Shown here in pieces: positions 50,526-60,067 of a stretch of 64,000 nucleotides of DNA. Position 1 is the first letter of the stretch, and each line of letters starts with the position of its first letter. Origin of the DNA: Reyranella sp. (GTDB taxonomy: Bacteria; Pseudomonadota; Alphaproteobacteria; Reyranellales; Reyranellaceae); the NCBI GenBank assembly GCA_021732285.1, contig JAKFVH010000073.1, positions 2,862 through 66,861 of the forward strand, in the 5' to 3' direction. The translations under genes were made by a program, and so were the position numbers. A model generated the notes under the pieces. The model was not told the DNA's origin. It saw only the letters and a list, made by a program, of their open reading frames with translations, and did not search any database.

Positions 50526-51488
50526 GTGAAGTTGTTTCGCCGTTCCGTGCTTGCCGGCGCTGTCGCCCTGTCGGCATCGCCGAAGGCATTCGCGCAGGCG
50601 TACCCCAACAAGCCGATCAAGATCGTCGTGCCCTTCGCTGCCGGCAGCGCCACCGACCTGACGGCCCGCGGGCTGGCCGCCAAGCTGCAGGAGCTCCTGA
50701 AGCAGCCGATCGTCGTCGACGACAAGCCCGGCGCCTCGGGCCAGCTCGGCGCCTCGGCGGTCGCGACAGCGCCGCCCGACGGCTACACGCTGCTGATGGG
50801 CACCAACACGACCAACGCCGCCAACCCGGCGTTGTTCAAGAAGCTCTCCTACGATCCGGAAAAGGACTTCGTGCCGATCATGCGCTGCGTGACCGGCGTC
50901 AACGTGCTGGTGGTCAACAACGAGCTGCCGATCAAGTCGGTCGCCGAGCTGATCGACTACGCCAAGAAGAACCCCGGCAAGCTGAACTACGCCGAGGCCA
51001 GCGCCTCGCAGCGGCTGTCGGCCGAGATGTTCAACAAGATGGCGGGCGTCAAGATCGAGCGCGTGCCCTACAAGGCAAGCCCGCAGGCGCTGGGCGACGT
51101 CATGTCCGGCCAGTGCCAAGTCATGTTCCCCGACCTGCCGCAGGGGCTGGCGCAGATCGACGCCGGCAAGGTGCGCGGGCTTGGCACCACCGGTCCGCAG
51201 CGGACGTCGGTGGCGCCCAACCTGCCGGCGATCGCCGAGACCGTGCCGGGCTACTCGCTGGTCTATTGGCTGGCGGTGTTCGCCCCGGCCGGCACGCCGA
51301 AGGACATCCAGAAGACGCTGGCCGACGCCATCGCCGAGGCGCTGAAGGACCCGGCGACGGGCAAGGCCATGACGCAGGGCCGCATGGAAATCTCGCCGCT
51401 GCCGCTCGAGCAGTTCGCCGCCTACGTCAAGGAACAGACGACGTGGTGGACCACCGAGATCAAGGCCGCGGGCATCGAACCGGAGTGA
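50526..51488 (+). CDS. Bug/TctC tripartite tricarboxylate transporter substrate-binding protein
   Basis: YPNKPIKIVVPF.AG..TD..AR, KPGA.G, PDGYTLL, VPYK. Confidence 0.93.
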   Translation: MKLFRRSVLAGAVALSASPKAFAQAYPNKPIKIVVPFAAGSATDLTARGLAAKLQELLKQPIVVDDKPGASGQLGASAVATAPPDGYTLLMGTNTTNAANPALFKKLSYDPEKDFVPIMRCVTGVNVLVVNNELPIKSVAELIDYAKKNPGKLNYAEASASQRLSAEMFNKMAGVKIERVPYKASPQALGDVMSGQCQVMFPDLPQGLAQIDAGKVRGLGTTGPQRTSVAPNLPAIAETVPGYSLVYWLAVFAPAGTPKDIQKTLADAIAEALKDPATGKAMTQGRMEISPLPLEQFAAYVKEQTTWWTTEIKAAGIEPE

Positions 51489-51493
51489 CATCA

Positions 51494-52255
51494 ATGAGCA
51501 AGGTCATCATCGAGAAGAACGGCCCGGTCAAAACCGTATGGATGAACCGGCCGGAGAAGCGCAACGCGCTCGACAGCGAATTGCTGAAGGAGATGATCGG
51601 CGCCCTGCAGGCGCCGGTCGCGGCCGAAGACCGCGTCCTGGTGATCCGCGGCAAGGGCGACGTCTTCTGCGCCGGCCTCGACATGGCCGAGCGCAGCAAA
51701 TCGGCCGGCGCCGGCGAGGCGAGCGGCATCGAAATCATGCTGCGCGCCATCGAGCTCTGTCCGCTGCCCGTGGTGGCCGTGGTCCAGGGCGACGCGATTG
51801 CCGGCGGCAATGAGCTGGCGCTGCATTGCGATCTGGTGGTGGCGAGCCAGAAGGCGCGCTTCGGCATGTCGCTCGCCCAGGTCGGCCTGGCGCCCAACTG
51901 GTTCCTGGCGAAGAAGCTCATGGAAGTGCTGGGGCCGGTGACGACGCGCGAGATGCTGCTGCTGGGCGATCCCCTGCCCTCGACCAAGCTCTTTGCGCTC
52001 GGCCTGATCGCCCGCTGTGTGCCGGCCGACCAGCTCGAGGCCGAGGCGACCAAGGTCATCGACCGGTTGGCCGCCAACGCGCCCCTGTCGCTAAAAGCCA
52101 TGAAGGCGCTGACCGTGCGCCAGCTCGAGATCCGTGACGCCATCAAGCACGACGACGTCGACGCGCTGGTGCGGGCGGCGATGCAGAGCCAGGACGCGCA
52201 GGAAGGCATGAAGGCCCGCCTGGAGAAGCGCACCGCCAAGTTCCAGGGCAAGTGA
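51494..52255 (+). CDS. Enoyl-CoA hydratase/isomerase family protein
   Basis: NRPEKRNAL, FCAGLD, AGGNELALHCD, DAQEG..A..EKR. Confidence 0.92.
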   Translation: MSKVIIEKNGPVKTVWMNRPEKRNALDSELLKEMIGALQAPVAAEDRVLVIRGKGDVFCAGLDMAERSKSAGAGEASGIEIMLRAIELCPLPVVAVVQGDAIAGGNELALHCDLVVASQKARFGMSLAQVGLAPNWFLAKKLMEVLGPVTTREMLLLGDPLPSTKLFALGLIARCVPADQLEAEATKVIDRLAANAPLSLKAMKALTVRQLEIRDAIKHDDVDALVRAAMQSQDAQEGMKARLEKRTAKFQGK

Positions 52256-52256
52256 C

Positions 52257-52598
52257 GTGGCGCTCAGGCTGCGCCTCGACAAGCCCTGGCGTCCGCTGAC
52301 GGCGGAAGTCGTCGATCGCCTGCCGGGCCAGCTCGGCGTCTACCAGATCGCCGACGCCAAGGGCACGATCGTCTATATCGGCCAGGCCGGCGCGCGCACG
52401 GCCTTCGGCCTGCGCAGCGAACTGCAGCGCGAGGCGAGCCAGCGCGCCTCGGGCCATCAGTTCCGTGTCGAGGTCAACCAGCAGTACCGCACGCGCTGGT
52501 TCGAGCTTCTGATGGTGCACCAGGCCGACCACGGCAGCCTGCCCGCCGACAACGCCAAGAACCCGCCGCCTGCTCTCGGCAGGCTGAGTCCGTCGTGA
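52257..52598 (+). CDS. Small GIY-YIG-like hypothetical protein
   Basis: GVYQI.D..G..VYIGQAG; GTG start 1 nt after the upstream stop. Confidence 0.65.
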   Translation: MALRLRLDKPWRPLTAEVVDRLPGQLGVYQIADAKGTIVYIGQAGARTAFGLRSELQREASQRASGHQFRVEVNQQYRTRWFELLMVHQADHGSLPADNAKNPPPALGRLSPS

Positions 52599-52612
52599 AG
52601 ATCAGCGAACCG

Positions 52613-52716
52613 CCTCACCCTGAGGAGCGCGCGAAGCGCGCGTCTCGAAGGGTGGCAACATCAAGACTGTGGCCCACCCTTCGAGACGCGGCCTGCGGCC
52701 GCTCCTCGGGGTGAGG
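52613..52716. repeat. CCTCACCCTGAGG-family palindromic doublet repeat
   Basis: CCTCACCCTGAGGAGCG..CGCGTCTCGAAGGGTGG...CCACCCTTCGAGACGCG..CGCTCCTCGGGGTGAGG. Confidence 0.85.
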
Positions 52717-52735
52717 TCGTACTGAGGAGACACCC

Positions 52736-53902
52736 ATGGATTTCGAGCCCAGCGCCGAACAGCAGATGCTGATCGATCAGGTGCGCCGCTACGTGCGCGA
52801 AGAGATCATCCCGCTCGAGGCCAAGCTCGATCCCGACGCCGCCGAGCTCGACCCGGCCGACCAGGCGCGACTGGTCGAGAAGACCAAGGCGATGGGCCTC
52901 TACGGCATCGACATCCCCAAGGAATTCGGCGGGCCCGACATCGATATCGTGACGCGCGTGCTGCTGGCCATCGAAATGGCCCAACATCGCGCCGGCCTCT
53001 ACGTGCCCTGCTACGGCACCTTCGGCGGCGCCGGCCTCGCCCAGATCTTCGAGGCCAACGAGGACCAGAAGGAGCGCTACCTCTATCCGACCCTGCGCGG
53101 CGAGAAGAAGCCGTTCTTCGGGCTCACCGAGCCGTCGGGCGGCAGTGATCCGGCACGCGCCATCCAGACCAAGGCCGAGCGCAAGGACAATGGCTGGGTG
53201 CTGAACGGCGCCAAGATCTTCATCTCCGGCGCCGATCGCGCCCAGTACGGCATCGTCTTCGCCCGCACCGACGCCTCCAAGGGCCGCGCCGGCATCACCT
53301 GCTTCATCATTGACGCCGGCACGCCGGGTTTCCACGTGCGGCGCGTCGTGCACACGCTGCGCTCGTCGAGCTACGCCACCGAGCTCGAGTTCAAGGACTG
53401 CTGGGTGTCCGACCATCAGATCCTGGGCGAGGTCAACAAGGGCTTCGCCGTGGCCAACGACCGGCTGACGCGCCAGCGCATCCCCTACGCCGCGGGCTGC
53501 ATCGGTGTCGCCATCGCTGCCCACGAGATGGCCGTCGAATGGGCCAAGATGCGCAGCACCTTCGGCGAGAAGCTCGCCAACCGGCAGGCCATCCAGTGGA
53601 TGCTTGTAGACAACGAGATCGACATCCGCACCGCCCGGCACTTCACGCTCGAGGCCGCCGAGAAGGCGCGCCGCGGGCTGCCCTTCCGCACCGAGGCCGC
53701 CATCGCCAAGCTCACGGCATCGGAAGGCGGCGGCCGCGTCGTCGATCGCGCGATGCAGATCCATGGCGGTATGGGCATGACCAAGGACCTGCCGCTCGAA
53801 CGCTGGTATCGCGAGATGCGCATCCGCCGCGTCGGCGAGGGGCCGAGCGAGGTGCAGCGCATGGTGATCGCGCGCGAGATCCTGGGCAGCAATCTCAGAT
53901 GA
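52736..53902 (+). CDS. Acyl-CoA dehydrogenase
   Basis: LTEPSGGSD, LNGAKIFIS, QIHGGMG, GEGPSEVQR. Confidence 0.95.
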   Translation: MDFEPSAEQQMLIDQVRRYVREEIIPLEAKLDPDAAELDPADQARLVEKTKAMGLYGIDIPKEFGGPDIDIVTRVLLAIEMAQHRAGLYVPCYGTFGGAGLAQIFEANEDQKERYLYPTLRGEKKPFFGLTEPSGGSDPARAIQTKAERKDNGWVLNGAKIFISGADRAQYGIVFARTDASKGRAGITCFIIDAGTPGFHVRRVVHTLRSSSYATELEFKDCWVSDHQILGEVNKGFAVANDRLTRQRIPYAAGCIGVAIAAHEMAVEWAKMRSTFGEKLANRQAIQWMLVDNEIDIRTARHFTLEAAEKARRGLPFRTEAAIAKLTASEGGGRVVDRAMQIHGGMGMTKDLPLERWYREMRIRRVGEGPSEVQRMVIAREILGSNLR

Positions 53903-55017
53903 GCAAGCCGCTGGCGGGCATAAAAGTCGTCGAGTTCGGCCAGAACCTCGCTGGACCCTATTGCGGTCAGATCCTTGCTTTCCTCGGCGCCGAGGTAGTG
54001 AAGGTCGAGCGGCCCGAAGGTGACGATGCACGCAAATGGGGCCCGCCTTTCATCGAGGGCGACTCGGTGGGCTTCATCGCGCTGAACCGCGGCAAGAAGT
54101 CGATCACCTGCGATCTTTCGGACAAGGCCGAGCGCGAGGCGCTGATCGAGCGCATCGGCGCGGCCGACGTCTTCATCCACAATCTGCGTGCCGACGTGCC
54201 GGCCAAGTTCGGCATCGACGGCGCCACGCTCACCAGGCGCTTCCCGCGGCTCATCTATGCCGATCTCGGCGCCTTCGGTCATGCCGGCCCGTGGAAGGAG
54301 CGGCCGGGCTATGAGCCGATCGTCCAGGCGGTGGCCGGACTGATCTCGCTGAACGGCGATCCGTCGGGCCCCGAGGCGCGCATCGGTGTCTCGATCATCG
54401 ACCTGTCGACCGGCATGTGGACGGCGATCGGCGTTTTAGCGGCGATCGCCCGGCGCGCCGCCACCGGCCGCGGCAGCCTGGTCAACACCTCGCTGTTCGA
54501 GAGCGGCCTGATGTGGGCGTCGAACCACGCCGCGAACTACGCGGTGACGGGCAAGATGGCTGCACGCCAGGGCACCGGCCATCCCTCGCTCACGCCCTAC
54601 CAGGCGTTCGAGTGCAGCGACGGCCCCTTGATGATCTGCCCGGGCAACGACCGGCTATGGCGCAAGTTCGCCGAGGCGCTGGGCCATCCCGAATGGCCCG
54701 ACGAGCCGCGCTTCAAGACCAATGTCGAGCGCATGCAGCAGCGCGACCTGCTGCTGGGCTTGATCGGCGACATCATGAAGCACAAGAGCCGCGACTACTG
54801 GTCGGGCAAGCTCGATGCGCTGGGCGTGCCCAACGGGCCACTCAACACCGTGCCGCAGGTGCTGGACCTGGCCCAGGTGGCCGCCCTCGGCATGTTCTCG
54901 AAGCCCTACGCCGGCTCGAATGCGCTGTTCCACGGCCTGCCGGTCAGCTTCGACGGCGAACGCGCGAGCGAGGTCGCCAAGGCGCCGAAGATCGGCGAGC
55001 ACAACGGAAAGATCTGA
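53899..55017 (+). CDS. CaiB/BaiF family III CoA-transferase
   Basis: PLAGIKVV, AGPYC, GAEVVKVE, NRGKKSI, AP.IGEHN. Confidence 0.94.
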   Translation: MSKPLAGIKVVEFGQNLAGPYCGQILAFLGAEVVKVERPEGDDARKWGPPFIEGDSVGFIALNRGKKSITCDLSDKAEREALIERIGAADVFIHNLRADVPAKFGIDGATLTRRFPRLIYADLGAFGHAGPWKERPGYEPIVQAVAGLISLNGDPSGPEARIGVSIIDLSTGMWTAIGVLAAIARRAATGRGSLVNTSLFESGLMWASNHAANYAVTGKMAARQGTGHPSLTPYQAFECSDGPLMICPGNDRLWRKFAEALGHPEWPDEPRFKTNVERMQQRDLLLGLIGDIMKHKSRDYWSGKLDALGVPNGPLNTVPQVLDLAQVAALGMFSKPYAGSNALFHGLPVSFDGERASEVAKAPKIGEHNGKI

Positions 55018-55023
55018 CTCTTA

Positions 55024-55160
55024 CCGGACCGCGGGCCTCCAGGCCCGCTCATGGTCTTTTGGACCGCGAGCTTCCAGCTCGCTCATGATTCATGAGCGAG
55101 CTGGAAGCTCGCGGTCCGGAAGAACATGAATATGAGCGGGCCTGGAGGCCCGCGGTCCGG
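55024..55160. repeat. Nested GGACCGCG-family palindromes
   Basis: Outer arms GGACCGCGGGCCTCCAGGCCCGCTCAT enclose inner doublet GGACCGCGAGCTTCCAGCTCGCTCATG (55061-55117). Confidence 0.9.
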
Positions 55161-55168
55161 CGAGAAAA

Positions 55169-56050
55169 TCAGCCAGCGAAGCTCAGGGCGTATTCGCGCA
55201 CCCGCTCGAGCGGGATGCGGGCGTGGCTTTGCACGATGATGAACTTGCCGCCGGGGTCGGTGCCGTTGGGCAGCTTGACCAGCCGCTCGAAATCGTCGGC
55301 GCCCCAGACGCAGGACTGCTCGGAGAACAGGTGCACGCTGGCGCCATAGCAGGTGTTCCATTCGACGTGATAGTCGAACAGGTTGCCCTGCATCTCGGCC
55401 ACGGTGGTGTAGAGCGAATACTCGGTCCACGGCACGCTCATCGGCCGGCGGATCTTCCAGGACATCAAGGCCTTGGTCGACGAGCCCTGCGAGCCGTTGC
55501 GCATGAATTTCAGGGTCTGCGCCGCGAGGTCGCCATGCAGCAGGTTGGGCGTCACCGACAGGCCATGGCCCTTGGCGTCGTAGTAGGTGCCGACCACCTC
55601 GGTGACGTTGCGCCACCAGTCATGGTGGACCTTGGGCTCCCAGCGCGACAGGCCGCGGCCGTCGTCGACGAAGGTCCGGGCATCGAAGTCGCCGACGCAG
55701 CAGACGTCGGAGTCGAGCGTCAGGTAGCCGCCGAAGCCCAGCATCACCGGCACCTGCAGCTTGACGATCTGCTGCCGGTACCAGCCGGTCATCAGGTAGA
55801 AGCTCGAGAACCACGGGAAGAAGTCGCTCTCGGGCCGTACCGACACGTTGATGTTGGGAAAGCGCGGCAGGCTGGTGCGCAACAGATGGGTGTCGTTGCC
55901 GGGCGAGACGATCAGCAGCTCGAAGGGCTTGGCATCGCGCCAGTGCTTGGCCAGCGATTCGATCAGAAGACCGGCACGCTCCAGGTCGCCCCGGCGCTTA
56001 ATCGTGCGCAGAGCCAAGGGCAGGATGGCTTGGCGGACTTCGGAAAACAT
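55169..56050 (-). CDS. Putative GT-A glycosyltransferase-like protein (DUF6492-like)
   Basis: GWYRQQIVKL, YLTLDSDV (DxD), WTEYSLY; start uncertain. Confidence 0.65.
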   Translation of the reverse strand: MFSEVRQAILPLALRTIKRRGDLERAGLLIESLAKHWRDAKPFELLIVSPGNDTHLLRTSLPRFPNINVSVRPESDFFPWFSSFYLMTGWYRQQIVKLQVPVMLGFGGYLTLDSDVCCVGDFDARTFVDDGRGLSRWEPKVHHDWWRNVTEVVGTYYDAKGHGLSVTPNLLHGDLAAQTLKFMRNGSQGSSTKALMSWKIRRPMSVPWTEYSLYTTVAEMQGNLFDYHVEWNTCYGASVHLFSEQSCVWGADDFERLVKLPNGTDPGGKFIIVQSHARIPLERVREYALSFAG

Positions 56051-56199
56051 CGTCTTGGTTGGCCTGAAAATACATGTGGGGTGGGAAGCCTTCCACATCA
56101 ATTGCTTGGGCAACCTGTGGGCTCTGACCTACCAGCGGCAGAACGTCCCATTCAAAAGCGACAGGAATGACCGCTTCAGCCGCAGGGAATCAGGCTGCC

Positions 56200-56234
56200 A
56201 AAAAAAGACGCCGGGCCCAAAGGCCCGGCGAGTC
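56200..56234 (-). terminator. Rho-independent terminator
   Basis: CGCCGGGCC-TTTG-GGCCCGGCG-TC-TTTTTTT on the minus strand. Confidence 0.88.
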
Positions 56235-56327
56235 AAACAGGGAGGCTTCACGTCTGGGAGACGTGGGATCATGAGGATCCCGAGTTTCGAACGCGAAAAG
56301 CAAAGAACCGTTCGTGGTCGAAAACCT
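56200..56327 (-). ncRNA. Candidate trans-acting sRNA with anti-SD loops
   Basis: Hairpin CACGUC-UCCCA-GACGUG, single-stranded GCCUCCCUG, then terminator; located downstream of the trxB-linked LysR gene; 5' end inferred from TATTTT. Confidence 0.7.
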
Positions 56328-56381
56328 GCCTCGAAAATAGTCTTCGGATTGCACATGGGTAGGGGGGAATTTCCGGCAACT

Positions 56382-56402
56382 GGCATGCGGTGGACGCATG
56401 CC
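56382..56402. promoter_or_regulatory. Putative LysR-type binding site (T-N11-A palindrome)
   Basis: GGCATGCG-GTGGA-CGCATGCC, centred about 65 bp upstream of the inferred sRNA start. Confidence 0.6.
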
Positions 56403-56436
56403 TTTCATCGACTATGCAATCCTGCAGGTCTGATCT

Positions 56437-57327
56437 TCAGAATCGGGTCTCCGCGACCTTGCGCAACAGGAAATCGCGGAACACGGCGATGCGCTTGGAG
56501 TGCCGCAATTCCTCGGGATAGGTGAAATACACATCGGTGGTGCGGACATTGAGCTCCGGCAGGACCATGTCGATCTTGGTCGATTCGCGCGCCAGGTAGT
56601 CGGGCAGCGAGGCTATCCCCAGGCCGGATTCGACGGCGCGGAAGATGCCGTAGGTGTTGTTGACGCGCAGCACGACGATGCGGGCGGCCTGATCGGGGTT
56701 GCCTTCGCGCAGCAGCCAATTGACGTCCTGCACGGGGGCGCGCGCATCCTCGCCGAAGATGATCAGCCGGTGCTGGTCGAGTTCGTCGATCGACTTGGGC
56801 TTGCCGTACTTCTGGATGTAGCTGTGCGCGGCATAGACGTGGCTGCGCACGGTCAGCAGGTGGCGCTGCACCAGGCCGGGCTGGCGCGGCATCATCATGC
56901 GGATGGCAACGTCGGCCTCGCGCATGCCGAGGTCGAGCTCGTTGTCCGACAGCACCAGGCTGACGTCGATCTCGGGATAGGTGGTGATGAACTCGTGCAT
57001 CTGCGCGGTCAGCCAGGTCGAGCCGAAGCCCACCGTGGCGTGGATCTTCAGGCGGCCGGCCGGCTTGTCCTGGTTGGCGCGCAGCAGCGCCTCCGCAGTG
57101 TTGACCTTGGCCGCCATGTCGCGCGCGGTGCGATACAGCAGCTCGCCCTGCTCGGTGAGGATCAGGCCGCGCGCATGGCGATGGAACAGCATGACGCCGA
57201 GCTGCTCCTCGAGCGCGCCGATCTGGCGCGAGATCGCCGACTGGCTGAGTTTCAGTGATTCGCCGGCGTGAGTGAAACTTCCCGCGTCAGCTACGGCCTG
57301 AAAGATCCGCAGCTTGTCCCAGTCCAT
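56437..57327 (-). CDS. LysR family regulator (LsrB/VtlR-like)
   Basis: MDWDKLRIF...GSFTHAG..L.LSQSAISRQ, LFHRHARGLILTEQG; trxB synteny. Confidence 0.93.
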   Translation of the reverse strand: MDWDKLRIFQAVADAGSFTHAGESLKLSQSAISRQIGALEEQLGVMLFHRHARGLILTEQGELLYRTARDMAAKVNTAEALLRANQDKPAGRLKIHATVGFGSTWLTAQMHEFITTYPEIDVSLVLSDNELDLGMREADVAIRMMMPRQPGLVQRHLLTVRSHVYAAHSYIQKYGKPKSIDELDQHRLIIFGEDARAPVQDVNWLLREGNPDQAARIVVLRVNNTYGIFRAVESGLGIASLPDYLARESTKIDMVLPELNVRTTDVYFTYPEELRHSKRIAVFRDFLLRKVAETRF

Positions 57328-57359
57328 GACATCGCCTCCCTATCGCGGCGCCGCTTGAA

Positions 57360-58331
57360 CTACTCCGCGGCTTGCGCGAGGCGGGCTTCCTGGCCCGCCA
57401 ACCATTTCTCCGCCTCCAGCGCCGCCATGCAGCCAGTGCCGGCCGCCGTTACGGCCTGGCGGAAGATCTTGTCCTGCACGTCGCCCGCCGCGTAGACGCC
57501 TTCGACGTCGGTGGCGGTCGAATCGGGCTTGGTGATGAGATAGCCCTCGCTGTCCATGGCGAGCTTGCCCCGGAACAGCTCGGTGTTGGGCGAATGGCCG
57601 ATGGCGATGAACACGCCGTCGGTCGAAAACTCCTTCTCCGCCCCGGTCTTGACGTTCTTCACGCGCACGCCCTTGACCAGCGGCGCGGGCTTGGCCTCGC
57701 CCGTGATCTCCTGCAGCGTGTGATCCCACAGCACCGTGACCTTGGGATTCTTGAACAGGCGTTCCTGAAGGATCTTTTCGGCGCGGAACGAATCGCGCCG
57801 GTGGATCAACGTCACCTTCGAGGCATGGTGCGTGAGATAGAGCGATTCCTCGACCGCGGTGTTGCCGCCGCCGACCACGACCACTTCCTTGCCACGGAAG
57901 AAGAAACCGTCGCAGGTCGCGCAGGCCGACACGCCGCCGCCGCGGAAGGTCTCCTCAGTCGGGATGCCCAGCCACTTCGCCGTGGCCCCGGTCGAGATGA
58001 TCAATGCGTCCGCCTCATAGCGGTCTCCGGAATCGCCCAGGCAGACGAACGGCCGGCGCGACAGGTCGACGTCGACGATGGTATCAAAATGGAGCTGGGT
58101 GCCGACATGCTCGGCCTGCTTCTGCATCTGCTCCATCAGCCAGGGGCCCTGGATGACGTCGGCGAAGCCCGGATAGTTCTCCACGTCAGTGGTGATGGTG
58201 AGCTGGCCGCCGGGCTGGATGCCCTGGACCAGCATGGGCTTCAGGCTGGCGCGGGCGGCATAGATGGCCGCCGTGTAACCAGCCGGTCCCGACCCCAGAA
58301 TGAGCACTTTTCCCCGATGAGTCGCCGCCAT
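57360..58331 (-). CDS. trxB: Thioredoxin reductase
   Basis: GSGPAGYTAA, CATCDG, GGGNTA, FIAIGH.PN, AAGDV. Confidence 0.98.
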   Translation of the reverse strand: MAATHRGKVLILGSGPAGYTAAIYAARASLKPMLVQGIQPGGQLTITTDVENYPGFADVIQGPWLMEQMQKQAEHVGTQLHFDTIVDVDLSRRPFVCLGDSGDRYEADALIISTGATAKWLGIPTEETFRGGGVSACATCDGFFFRGKEVVVVGGGNTAVEESLYLTHHASKVTLIHRRDSFRAEKILQERLFKNPKVTVLWDHTLQEITGEAKPAPLVKGVRVKNVKTGAEKEFSTDGVFIAIGHSPNTELFRGKLAMDSEGYLITKPDSTATDVEGVYAAGDVQDKIFRQAVTAAGTGCMAALEAEKWLAGQEARLAQAAE

Positions 58332-58506
58332 GACCTACCCGCATCCCGCAAACCGCATATCTTCGACATATATGCAAACCTCGCCAGGTATGCACGGATG
58401 TTCTGACGATCGAGCGCAATTGTTCACAGGGACTTGGCCCAAACCCGCAACTTTATTGCGCGGACGGCATGGTTCTGGCATAGAGCGCGGCCAACGGAGG
58501 AAATTG

Positions 58507-58983
58507 ATGGCTCGTGCAAAGCTCGATCGGATCGATCGGCGCATTATCAGCGACCTGCAGGCAAACGGGCGCATGACCAACGTGGAGCTGGCCGAGCGCG
58601 CCGGCATATCCGCGCCGCCCTGCCTGCGGCGGGTGCGGGCGCTCGAGCGCGCCGGGATCATCAAGGGTTACCATGCGGAACTCAGCCCCGAGACCCTGGG
58701 CTACAGCGTCTCGGTGTTCGCGCTGGTCGGCCTCAACAGCCAGGCCGAGATCGACCTCAAGGCCTTCGAGGAACTCATCGCCAAGTGGGACGAGGTCCGC
58801 GAATGCCACATGCTGGCGGGCGAGGCCGACTTCCTGCTGAAGATCGTCGCGGAGACCTGGGACGAGTACCAGAAGTTCCTGACCACGCGGCTGACCTCGG
58901 CGCCCAATGTCAGTCATGTGAAATCCATGATGGTCTTCCGCACCGCCAAGCAGCTGCCCGGGGTGCCGATCTCCGTCGAGTAG
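58507..58983 (+). CDS. Lrp/AsnC family regulator
   Basis: LDRIDRRI, GRMTNVELA, PCLRRVRALE, GEADFLLK. Confidence 0.94.
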   Translation: MARAKLDRIDRRIISDLQANGRMTNVELAERAGISAPPCLRRVRALERAGIIKGYHAELSPETLGYSVSVFALVGLNSQAEIDLKAFEELIAKWDEVRECHMLAGEADFLLKIVAETWDEYQKFLTTRLTSAPNVSHVKSMMVFRTAKQLPGVPISVE

Positions 58984-58994
58984 GAGCAAGGACC

Positions 58995-59381
58995 ATGGAC
59001 GGCAGCCCCGCCCCCGACGTCACTTTGGAGCGCCTGCACGAGATCGCCGACGCCTTCGCCCGCCGCGACGTCGACGGCATCGTCAATTCGTTCGCCGAGG
59101 ACGGCGAGTTCCGCAATGCCCGCGGCCCCGACTATTGGGGCCAGAGTTTCAAGGGCAAGGCGGCGATCCGCAGCTACTTCGAACCGCTGTTTGCCTCGAC
59201 CGGCGACGTGAAATGGCAGCACACCAGCGAGTTCATCTGCGGCAACCGCGCCGTCACGGAATGGCATCGTACGGCGACGCTCAAGACCGGCGAACGTCAG
59301 GAGTGGCTGGGCTGCGATCTCTACACCTTCCGCCGCGGCCTGATCGTTCTGAAGGACACGTACATCAAGGTCGTCACCTGA
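58995..59381 (+). CDS. SnoaL/NTF2-like protein
   Basis: AF.R.DVDGI...FAEDG, GCDLYTF, KDTY.K; AGGAG RBS. Confidence 0.85.
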   Translation: MDGSPAPDVTLERLHEIADAFARRDVDGIVNSFAEDGEFRNARGPDYWGQSFKGKAAIRSYFEPLFASTGDVKWQHTSEFICGNRAVTEWHRTATLKTGERQEWLGCDLYTFRRGLIVLKDTYIKVVT

Positions 59382-59491
59382 CGGCCCTGTCCGCGCTGCC
59401 TTAAAAATTCCTCGAAAACCCTCTTGCGGGAAACGCTGTGTATCTATAGCGTGCCAAAAATACACGGCGTTACCGCTACACGGAGGCGCAC

Positions 59492-60067
59492 ATGGCCAAC
59501 CTGATGCACTCGGCCCGGCTGCTGGTTACCGACCTCGCCTCGACGATCCTGTTCCTGGTCGTCCTGCTCGCCACCAAGGACCTGATGCTGGCCGTGGCGC
59601 TGGGCGTCGGCCTCGGCATCGTCCAGATCGGCTGGATGAAACTGCGGGGTCAGCCGATCGACACCATGCAATGGCTGAGCATCGGCCTGGTCGTGGTCTC
59701 CGGCATCGCCACCATGCTGACCAGCGATCCGCGCTTCGTGATGCTGAAGCCTACGGTGATCTACTGCATCGTCGGCGCCTACATGCTGAAGCCGGGCTGG
59801 ATGAACCGCTATCTGCCGCCGATCGCCGTGCAGACCGTGCCCGATCTCGCGTGGATCTTCGGCTTCGTGTGGGCCGGCCTGATGTTCGGCTCGGCCGTGC
59901 TCAACATCGCGCTGGCCATGACGCTCGATCCGGTCAGCTGGTCGGCGATCATGTCGATCTGGGGCATCGCGAGCAAAGTCGCGCTGTTCCTGGTTCAGTA
60001 TGGCCTGATGCGGTTCGTCGGCGTGCGTCGCGCCAAGGCGGCGATGGCGCAGGCGGCGTCTACTTGA
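59492..60067 (+). CDS. YciB/IspZ-like inner membrane protein
   Basis: T....[10 protein letters not shown] motif, about 5-6 TM segments. Confidence 0.8.
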   Translation: MANLMHSARLLVTDLASTILFLVVLLATKDLMLAVALGVGLGIVQIGWMKLRGQPIDTMQWLSIGLVVVSGIATMLTSDPRFVMLKPTVIYCIVGAYMLKPGWMNRYLPPIAVQTVPDLAWIFGFVWAGLMFGSAVLNIALAMTLDPVSWSAIMSIWGIASKVALFLVQYGLMRFVGVRRAKAAMAQAAST

